A stretch of DNA of 64,000 nt from Lingula anatina (Eukaryota; Animalia; Brachiopoda), in the NCBI GenBank assembly GCA_051362555.1, contig CM120644.1, forward strand, positions 690,954-754,953, in the 5' to 3' direction. The notes beneath the pieces are model-generated. The model worked only from the letters and a program-made list of their open reading frames with translations, did no database searches and had not been told where the DNA came from. Shown here in pieces: positions 54,501-64,000 of the stretch (position 1 is its first letter; each line of letters starts with the position of its first letter). The position numbers and the translations under genes are program-made.

Positions 54501-57500
54501 TCATGGAATAGATGGCACTGCAGTAGGGCAGCCAGTCGGAGGAAGGGGAAACAGAAATCCTGCACTGAACTCTCCACAGTCTGAGGGGACCACACGCTTT
54601 GACAGATCTGGAAACATATGCCACAAGAGGTGAACATTTAAAAGAAATTTATGCAGTAAACTTGGCCTGAAGAACAAACATGAGCTACCTTTCTCCATAC
54701 TTTTTTACCCTTCCTGATTTTTCATTAGGATATAATTATTGATCAGACATGTGACTGGGACATGTACAGAATGGGAATCATTGTGGAATAGCTACAAACT
54801 GAGATAATGTCACCATGGCATGAAAAAATTATTTGATGTGCAAATTTTCACAGGCCTCACCCATTGTGAAATATATGTATTACATTGCAAAAATGACATT
54901 AAATTCTCACAAATATTTAATTTTACTGAACACCTTTCTGTAACAGTGAGCATATCCTGTATTAGACTTCTAAAAGAAGTGCTATACAAGACTTACAGCT
55001 GGAATTTGTGTGTCCATCTCAACGTCTTCGTATAACCGTCCCAGGCCCAGGTGGGTGATAATGGTGCTCAGCAGACCCTCCAGGCTGTCCACTGATACCT
55101 GAAATATGGGGTTGCAAAATTATAAGTTGTTTCATCAGAAAAAACATTTCAAGATACTGGGATGGAAATGTAGAATACTAAATAGCGAGGAAACACTTTC
55201 AGTTCCCGAATTTCCCAACTCTGAACATTCTGTAATGCAGTGACTTCAGACTGAAATGCTGAGAGAGAGAGAGAGAAAGAGAGAGGGGAAAGAGGGGAAG
55301 GACAGAGAGAGAGAGAAGGGGGGATAGAGAGGCAAAGAATAGGGGGTATAGAGAGAGTGAGAGAGAGAGACAGGGAAGGAAGATTGGGAGAGAAAGAGAA
55401 AGGGGTATGAGGAGAGAAGGAGAGAGACTCAGTCACACCTATACCAGTAAGCAGCAAATTTTGAATTTATATGTGTGTGGGTTTCAATTTTTTCTCACCC
55501 CTGTTCCTTTCTCCTTCCACGCTGTTCTTTCATCTTCAGGAAACTTGCAGGATGTCACTGCCAATGCCTGTATACAGACTAGATTGTACAGGGCCTGCAC
55601 CAGGCAAGTGAAATATTCTGGAAATAAGAGAACATTATTCTCAGCCTGCTCCTAAATTCCAACTATGTTCTATGTCATTTCTCAAGTTCACTCAACAAAG
55701 TGATTAAACAGATATACTTTATGAGATAAAGACCCCCTCCTTTGGCAATTATCACGTACATCATCAAACACATCACTACCTTTCTCAAATTTATCCACAA
55801 AAAATACATCATCAAATATTTCAAAAGAGAACAATTTTTTTTCAAAAATTCAAGTTTCCTTGGTGCTCACCTTTTTCTAAAGCTGTTGGCATATTGAGCA
55901 TAAACTGAATCAAGATAGCAGTGACATCTTTCAGCAAAAGTGGGACATCTTTCTGGTACACTGTGACACTGAAATATAACAATGTCTAACATACTGAAAC
56001 ATAATAATTTATAACCTACTGAAATATAACAATATATAACACACTGAAATATAACTTATCAAACATGGTAATAAAACAGTGTATAACATACTGAAATATA
56101 ACAATATATAACCTACTGAAATATAACTGGTACAATGTACAACTTAATAATGGGGCGTATAACATTTTTTAAAACTTTCTATCATCGGGAAAGTTTTTAG
56201 GGCAACAAAATTGAAACACTCAATAAGTCACTCCAGCCAGAAGAGGCGGGTTTCAGTACCTTGTTGTGTTGGAGTCCTGACTGATGCCACTGACTTGCTG
56301 CCAGAGATCTGTGTAAGGTTTCAGAGTGAGGATTTTACTGTGCAGGCTCAGGACGTGAAACAGAGGCACTGGAGAGAGGGGGAAAACAGTGAAATAATGA
56401 GAATTTCAGGTCATTGGTAAAGTATTATTATAATTATAGTTTAATGATTAAAATCCCTTTAACAAAAGACACAACATTTTCTGTCATCATGGGATAACTG
56501 CATATATCCAAACAGCATATTCCTAATTATAAGTTCATAGTTCATGAAACAGAGGAACAGGTCTCCTTGTCTGCTGTGTTCAGATGTGTAGTTAACTTGG
56601 GCCACCACATTGTGACAACAAATACACACTGATATCTGTTAAGCCACAACAATCTACAAACTTGTACATAAGGATGTCAGTGTTTGTGATGACCAAGGCT
56701 CCTTCTCCCAATCAGTTTATACAAAAGCACATCCTTTAAGTTCCATAAGTTTCATTATGATAGAGTCATAGTTACCCAGATATTTGTACCACTGAGTCAC
56801 AATCACTTACAGAATGCGGACCTCTTGGTCATTGCTGCTGCTGCCCCCTGTTGGCCACATAAAGAACCCCCTCTCTGCAGTAACTCTAACTCTAAATTAC
56901 ATCTGAAGACAAAAAGAAAGCATATTTAAGAAATCGATTTTTTTTATTTTTACCTTGATTCATAGGAATACTTTTTTATTTCCTTTAAAGGTGAATGAAA
57001 ATTAAAACATCAAATTTTTTTTGTAAATGATTTATACATGAGAACAAAACCCTTCACAGAAACCATATACATGACATACTATTTAAAATTCTATTCAACA
57101 AAGGCTTTTTCCTCCTGTCTTATAAACATTTACAGAAACATACATCAATAACATATGTGACACTCTCACACACTGCAATAATCCCCTATATTAGCCTGCT
57201 TATAACCACCCCCCGACCCCCCCCCCCCCCCACACACACAGTTGTCTTACCTAGCAACAGAGCAGACAAAACACTGCATAGACTCTGGGATCTGGGACTT
57301 GGTGAGATTCTTGTACTCAGCATATGTGCCATTGGTAATGTTGTCCATGGCAGCACTCATGGCATGGGTGATCTCACTGGAACCCTGAAATAACAGGTTT
57401 TCTTTTATATATAACACATGGGTGATCTCACTGGAACCCCGAAATAACAGGTTTTCTTTTATATATAACACATGGGTGATCTCACTGGAACCCTGAAATA

Positions 57501-60500
57501 ACAGGTTTTCTTTTATATATAACACATGGGTGATCTCACTGGAACCCCGAAATAACAGGTTTTCTTTTATATATAACACATGGGTGATCTCACTGGAACC
57601 CTGAAATAACAGGTTTTCTTTTATATATAACACATGGGTGATCTCACTGGAACCCTGAAATAACAGGTTTTCTTTTATATATAACACATGTGTGATCTCA
57701 CTGGAACCCTGAAATAACAGGTTTTCTTTTATATATAACACATGGGTGATCTCACTGGAACCCTGAAATAACAGGTTTTCTTTTATATATAACACATGTG
57801 TGCTCTCACTGGAACCCTGAATAAACAGGTTTTTGAAGAATCAGGTCTTGAACTACTAATAATAACTCACCCCAGTTATATGTCTATGTTCCAAGAGTTC
57901 AGCCACCCTGTGTACTAACTGCTGAGGATCTGAAGGTACAGGTCTTGTACTACTAATAATAACTAATATTACGACTCACCCCAGTTATATGTCTATGTTC
58001 CAGGAGTTCAGCCACCCTGTGTACTAACTGCTGAGGATCTGAAGGTACAGGTCTCGTCACAGATACATTCCCCACATCAGGGAGGACAGGAAAGACGGCA
58101 TTAGCTAACTGCCGACACAGAGGGCACCAGTATTCGCCCTTGTAGACCACCAGACCATGGGCCAGGTTACGATCTTGTATCTGATATAAATAGAAAGCAT
58201 AATGATAAGCTTCAGCACTATGAATCATTTTTTGGAAAATAACATTTTAGTACTCTTTATGTTTGAGTAGAAGTGAATTTAGTACATTAATATATGCATA
58301 CAATCTTTAATATTAATTCTTAATTTCACATTCTTTCTGCCTTTGAACCAAATTTCTCTATTTGTATCTTACCACTCTTCAAACACATACACAAACACTT
58401 GCTCACACATTTAACCACAAAAAAACCTACCACAGATTCCATATATGAGCCATGACAGTCTATATGTAGATAGTGACCACATGTCTGAGCTGCCACGCCC
58501 CCCTCCCAGCCTATGTTCATAGACTGTAGACAAGATGACTGAAATATACAGTATTATATATAGTGACCACACTGAAATATACAGTATTATATATAGTGAC
58601 CACATGTCTGTGCTGCCACGCCCCCCTCCCAGCCTATGTTCATAGACTGTAGACAAGATGACTGAAATATACAGTATTATATATAGTGACCACATGTCTG
58701 TGCTGCCACGCCCCCCTCCCAGCCTATGTTCATAGACTGTAGACAAGATGACTGAAATATACAGTATTATTTAATCAAAGTCATTATACACAGTTATAAT
58801 GATAAATTCACACATTTTAAATCTAATTTTGATTGGTCTTAAAATCTGTTAAGTGAACATTGTCTATAAATGACCAAATTTTTATCTTCTTTGGATAACA
58901 ATATAATAGTTAGGTATCTTGACTTTACAGGATAAAAGATATCCTTTTATGTCTAGATAAATACAGGATTTTTTTCTCAGTGTAAAGAATGTTCTTTTTC
59001 ACGTCTCACCTCTTCAAAATATGAGGTAATAAATTCATGATTTCTCATCTACTTTTACATCTTTCATTGACCAGCCAAAGTCTTCATACGAATGTTTCCT
59101 TTTATGCCTCACCTCCTCAAAATACGTCACCATCTTCCTCAGCCTCTGTGCCTGCACCTGGCCACAGTTGGTACTCTCTCGTACCTGTCTCATCTCCTCC
59201 TCACTGGTCGGCATGGTGCGGACCTCCTCCACCTGACGACGGTGACCAAGAACTGTAACAGCAGAAATATTAAATATTACACTGTGTAATTTCTTTTACT
59301 TTTAGCTCATGTTCAACTTCTACTCATCAAAAGATGCCTGCAATAAATCCACCATTCCAACTGGTCTATCTGGTGTGAAGGGGGTGGTCTGGTTATAAAT
59401 ATTATAATCTGAGCATTAAATAAGATTTAAGCCTTTATATAGTATAACTCGCCACTAGTAGCCTGTAGTAGAGCTACCATTCCTACTGGTCTATCTGGAG
59501 TGGAGGGGGTGGTCTGGTTATAATTATTAAATACTAAAACCTACCACTAGTAGCCTGCAGTAGAGCCACCATTCCTACTGGTCTATCTGGTGTAGAGGGG
59601 ATGGTCTGGTTATAATTATTATATATTATAACTCACCACTAATAGCCTGTAGTAGAGCTACCATTCCTACTGGTCTATCTGGTGTGGAGGGGGTGGTCTG
59701 GTTATAATTATTAAATACTAAAACTTACCACTAGTAGCCTGCAGTAGAGCCACCATTCCTACTGGTCTATCTGGTGTAGAGGGAGTGGTCTGATTACATA
59801 TCACACAGTCATATTCCTTCACAACCACAGGTAATGTCTGCTCCATGCCTGCATCTTCACTGTCTTCTTCATCTATTAGCAAAAACAAATATTTAATTTA
59901 TATTTCCTTTCATGACATCTATGATTTGAGATCAGTAGTTTAAATGAAGTGTTCCAGAGTTAAAAAAACACACTTAAACACACAATACACTAACAGCAAA
60001 TCTGAAACTTGTGGTAGGACAATAAACAGCCCCGAAAATCACACACACACACACATGCACGTACACACACACACTTTCTCACAAAGGCATGTACACACAT
60101 AATCTCTCTCTCTCCCTCTCTATCACACACACGTACATACTGTTTCCTAGTTTCACCCCTACCATTGAGTTCCATGGCTTGTTCCATGAATGCTCTCTGC
60201 TTGGACGCAAAGTCAGCCATCAGTTTGGCCTGCCGCTCTCGGGCTTTTCTCCTCCTAACATAACACATTGAATATTATTACATACAGTAATTTAAAAATC
60301 TAAGACACTTATTAAAAAATAACAATTTCCCAAAAACCTATAAAATATGAACTGCTCTGGACAGCAGAAATAACTTTATAAATAGTATGTTTCTTCCAAC
60401 CATTCACCCAACAAATCTATCACTAAAATAGATGAACCAACCAACCAGACAATCAACTAAAGAGCCAACAAACCAATCAAATAATAGATAAACCAATCAA

Positions 60501-63210
60501 TCAATCCCCCAGTTGACCAACCATGAAGCCCCCCTCACCCCCTGTGCTTACTTCTCTTCTTTATCCACCACCCCCTGTGCTGCACTCGGCCCTGCGCTGG
60601 TTTCTTTCGTCTTCTGCGGCTGCAGCAGTCTGTACACCTCCTCAACAATACGAGCATTGTCCATATTAATTCTTGCAATTCTGTCCAACAGCTGACCAAT
60701 GAAATGTGGTCCATTGCCGATACGGGACTCTGAACTAGGCTGGTCACTTGTCACTGACGCCATTGTTGTACTACGCAGAATCTCGGGAACGTAGGATCCT
60801 GGTTTTCCTGACAGCTTGTTGTGCAATTTAATCAGAAGAGATATTAAACTCTCGTTAACGTCAATCACAGAATGTCTTCCTGAGCTGAAGTCTGTCGCCA
60901 CCCCTCTGCTCTGATACTTAGGCCTCGTTCCTCCTGACGACCCATCAGATTGACCTGTAACTTTATGATGAGGCGGAGATGCCCCTTGACCTTCGTTCTG
61001 ACCCGTACTATAACCTTGACCTTGATGCTGACCTTGACCTTGTTGAACACTGGCAGCTCCAGTCAAAGCAGAAGCATGTAAACCAGATGTGATGATACCT
61101 TGGGTGGCTGAGAATAGAATACATTGTTCCAGGTTAGAAAACAGAAGCTTAGTCAGGCAATGAACATTGTATATTTAAAAGAAAGTGGATAAAATAAAGT
61201 TCTTCTTAACAAAAATCCAACGCACACATATTTACTCATGAGAGTAAAATATTATTCACCATTTTGACTAATTTCATGGCAAAAGAGCTGAAGAAATTTC
61301 TCACTTACAGGGTATAAATTTACATTTATGGACAAATATTGTAAATGTACAGCAATAAATGTTCATAGATTTGGGAGCTCAGGTGAATATAATGGCAAAT
61401 TATCAGAGGCCAAACGCAATCAGTATACTTTCACTAGTTGACAGTGATTAGTCTCTCTTGATAACAACTCCATGGCTGGTTTTAACCTATACATGCCAAT
61501 TGGAATTGGTTCAAAATTATCTGCTTGAAATTCTTAATTTAAAAACAAATTATTTCCACCCATCTACTTACAGGCTACAGCACTGGGGGCCAACTCAAAC
61601 ATCTCAGATAAACTCTCTGTGTCCAGGTCTATAATCACAGGCTGGGAGTGGGTGGTTTCCCTGGAGACAAGCACCTGCTGAATCTTATGTCTCAAGTTCT
61701 GTTGTATGTTGTTGCTAGGAAACCACTCCTTGAATAACTTGTCATGGACTTGCTTAGGCACCACTATTTCCTGGAAAGGTGAACAAAATAAATTGTCATG
61801 GACTTGCTTTGGCACCACTATTTCCTAGAAAAGTGAACAAAAATAAATTGTCATGGACTTGCTTTGGCACCACTATTTCCTGGAAAGGTGAACAGAATAA
61901 TTATTATCTGTCCATGAAATGGTTTTACAAACATTTTTATTTGAAAAGTGAACTTCACAAAGAGTTCTTTAAGAGCTCCATACTTAATCAAGTTACATCT
62001 ATTGTACTTTACTGTCAACATTTTCTACCCACCCTGTACTTTACTATTAATCAATTACTGCCCACTAGTACATCACTGTTAATGAACTTTTAGCAACACT
62101 GTACATAAGTGTTAACAAACTTCCACTCACCCTGCAATTGATAAAGTTTAACCAACCCTGTACTTTATTGTTCAATACTCTCTACCCACCCTGTAGTTTA
62201 TGTTTATTAACTTCTACCTACCCTGTCAGTGCCAGCTGTAGCAGGTGTGGTGACAGCCATTTCCAGCAGGTAAATACACAGGTAAATGATTGTCTCAGAC
62301 ATTTGGGGTTCATACACTGCCTGGATAATTCATATATATCACATACATTACTATAACTACATCAGAGTTTATTACACAGATTACAAAGATTATAATAATG
62401 TGTTTACTAAAAGACAAATGTTTAGGTGGTGGCTTATATCCTATTTAATGGAGTAAAACCTTATCATAAATCTGATGAGTACAAAAGAGGCATACAAAGA
62501 TCTAGCTTGCTCTTTTTTTAACATGTGGCATCAACACAGTTTCACTACATTATATTGTAATTTGTCAACAAAAATTAAAGATTATTCTTGATACCATCTG
62601 CATTGTAAAACCTGGCCAGTTTTCCTAATTTAATTAAAGCCGTAAACCCCACCTTGTAGAGCACAGAGAAGATCATTCCATGGAAAGTCTTGCAGTGTAG
62701 CAGACGTCTCAGACCCTGGTACTGCTCCGTCACTTGCCCCAGGGGTCTGAACGGAGGCCACGGGGACTGCTTCTCACTGTACTTGCCAACTTGTTGAATA
62801 CTGGAAGAGGAGGAAATAAATGAAATAAATTATAAATAAATTAGCTTTTTTATCTCAGAGCATACTCTGCAACATAAGCCACTAGTCAGCAGTTAACGAC
62901 TAGTATATTTGGCAATGAAACAGTAAAGTCGTTTTCAATAACTTTACTGGCAGAATTGTTTTAACCTTAAAGTTTGCAATAACCTATTTTTTACATGCTT
63001 TATTATACAAACAGACCTTGAAACAGAGCCCATATATTGGTTTTTTATTAGATCCATGTCACTAAAACACCAAAAACCTAAAAACACAAACTTCAGTAAA
63101 AAGTTGAACTCACTACTTGGTGTATCTGTCCATGGCCGCCTGCAGATCTTTCCTCTGAACTGCTCTCAGGCTTACAAACACAGGGTCAAACTCTTCCTCC
63201 CAGATAAAGT
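51562..63210 (-). CDS. UBR3: E3 ubiquitin-protein ligase UBR3, last 21 exons (5' part lies beyond the window)
   Basis: Phase-consistent exons 63114-63210, 62653-62800, 62222-62320, 61572-61770, 60552-61107, 60163-60254, 59729-59872, 59113-59252, 58431-58538, 57980-58180, 57251-57384, 56811-56902, 56260-56368, 55871-55968, 55499-55617, 54997-55098, 54482-54607, 54082-54279, 52721-52930, 52010-52149, 51562-51679; motifs [25 protein letters not shown]2 ([24 protein letters not shown]), [38 protein letters not shown]. Confidence 0.93.
51790..51990. repeat. Diverged ~62 bp intronic tandem repeat (x3)
   Basis: ATG(A/G)AATTTCTCAGC...TTGGAAG.AA repeated three times. Confidence 0.8.
52540..52707. mobile_element. 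MITE, CAGGGG-type TIR, with CAGTG direct repeats
   Basis: CAGTG|CAGGGGAGGATCC...TCAATCTGCCCCTG|CAGTG; lies ~13 bp inside the intron from the UBR3 donor at 52720. Confidence 0.65.
53141..54110 (-). repeat. 40-bp minisatellite (~24 copies) containing a UBR3 exon 3' end plus GT donor
   Basis: Unit on the - strand: TTGTGA(A/G)CACTGAGCCCTGTGTAGGGAGG|GTAAGTGATGG; continuous with exon 54082-54279. Confidence 0.95.
55968..56128 (-). repeat. ~24-bp diverged repeat of a UBR3 splice acceptor
   Basis: ACTGAAATATAAC (= GTTATATTTCAG|T) at 55968, ~55993, ~56018, ~56043, ~56090 and ~56115. Confidence 0.75.
57363..57831 (-). repeat. 54-bp minisatellite (x9) containing a UBR3 acceptor plus exon start
   Basis: Unit TGTTATATATAAAAGAAAACCTGTTATTTCAG|GGTTCCAGTGAGATCACCCATG. 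Confidence 0.95.
57843..58056 (-). repeat. ~110-bp duplication of a UBR3 exon end plus donor
   Basis: 57864-57946 duplicates 57974-58056, including GGG|GTGAGT. Confidence 0.9.
58471..58770 (-). repeat. 90-bp repeat (x3 plus a partial) of a UBR3 acceptor and exon start
   Basis: ATAATACTGTATATTTCAG|TCATCTTGTCTACAG...GGTCACTA repeated. Confidence 0.92.
59335..59795 (-). repeat. ~92-bp repeat (x5) of a UBR3 exon end plus donor
   Basis: CAGACCA..CC.TC.ACACCAGATAGACCAGTAGGAATGG...CTAGTG followed by donors GTAAGT, GTGAGT, GTAGGT and GCGAGT. Confidence 0.92.
61739..61898 (-). repeat. 54/55-bp repeat (x3) of a UBR3 acceptor plus exon start
   Basis: TTCACCTTTCCAG|GAAATAGTGGTGCC.AAGCAAGTCCATGACAA three times. 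Confidence 0.92.
62024..62226 (-). repeat. Old, diverged ~35-bp repeat of a UBR3 donor
   Basis: CAGG|GTAGGT (real donor) followed by ACAGG|GTGGGT, ACAGG|GTTGGT, GCAGG|GTGAGT and ACAGG|GTGGGT. Confidence 0.6.
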
Positions 63211-63325
63211 CTGAAAATGAAGCGTTACAAACAAAAGGTAATTTATCAGCAATACTAAAATACTTAATAATTAATATCTTCCTGAGGATTTCTTTCTCAA
63301 CAGATTCACCCTGCTGCCATACGAT

Positions 63326-63464
63326 ACTACAATACAATACAATACAATAAATTTTATTTCATGTCGGTTACAAATTGAATGGAAACATTAGCTTTACAGC
63401 TATTCTCCGACTGTATAAGGACAAAAACATATCTACAATAATGCAATATTACACATGAAGTCTA

Positions 63465-63496
<32 letters not shown>

Positions 63497-64000
63497 CGAA
63501 ATCTATTAAGATAACAATTTAGAAAAAAGAGAAAAAAGTTTTTTTTTTTATGGGAAATGTGCTGAATGCTATACCTAAATCAACTGTGAAAAACAGACAA
63601 TTTTACATACAATGCTCAATGATACAGTTATATAAACAATGTAAACATGACGTATTATTACACATTTTCACTAAAAGCATATAGGTTACACAGGCTACAT
63701 CTGCATTTGGGTCCTTCCCAAAGCCTTAAAAGTGATTTAAACTCATTTGAATTGATGCTTTGCTTTAAGTCATTTGAGAGATCATTCCATATTTTTGGCC
63801 CAAGATATGATAAGGATTTTTTGCCGTATGTCACTGTGTTAAATCTGGGAATATTTAGAGTCTTTTCTCCTCTAAGGTTGTAACTTGTTGTTCTTTCTTG
63901 GAAAAGGTCGGAGATGTAGGAAGGTGCAAGTCCATGTATAGCTTTGTAAACCTCAAGTGCAAGCATACGTAGCCTGTTCAAGTGCAGAGTGCTGAGGCCT
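63326..64000 (-). mobile_element. CR1/L2-group LINE 3' end in a UBR3 intron
   Basis: ORF 63658-63981 (EVYKAIHGLAPSYISDLF...SYNLRG...YGKKSLSYLGPKIWNDL...CRCSLC); 3' UTR with AATAAA and a (TTGTA)n tail. Confidence 0.88.

Overview
AT-rich, intron-rich eukaryotic genomic DNA, most likely a marine invertebrate (mollusc-like repeat content; taxon is inference). All exon chains were traced by hand from GT/AG sites and phases. (1) A multi-exon + strand Mutator-like (MULE) transposase gene at ~10.5-19.9 kb: CaRF-like N-terminus, DDE core and SWIM finger, fused in frame to a Ulp1/C48-like protease; it has a damaged 5' exon and a degenerate partial second copy at ~21 kb. (2) Three + strand secreted-protein genes at 31-43.6 kb: a stand-alone AbfB/CBM42 protein, a Ser-Gly/Thr-rich 14-aa-repeat protein, and a related Thr-rich precursor with an RRRR site. 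(3) The last 21 exons of UBR3 on the - strand (51.5-63.2 kb). (4) Many repeats: a 5 x ~772 bp tandem array, a solo LTR with TSD, a decayed Tc1 element, two Helentron/HINE elements, several MITEs and LINE fragments. The most striking signal is that at least 8 UBR3 exons have their own splice junction (exon edge plus GT or AG) tandemly amplified into the adjacent intron, with 2 to ~24 copies each and unrelated unit sequences.
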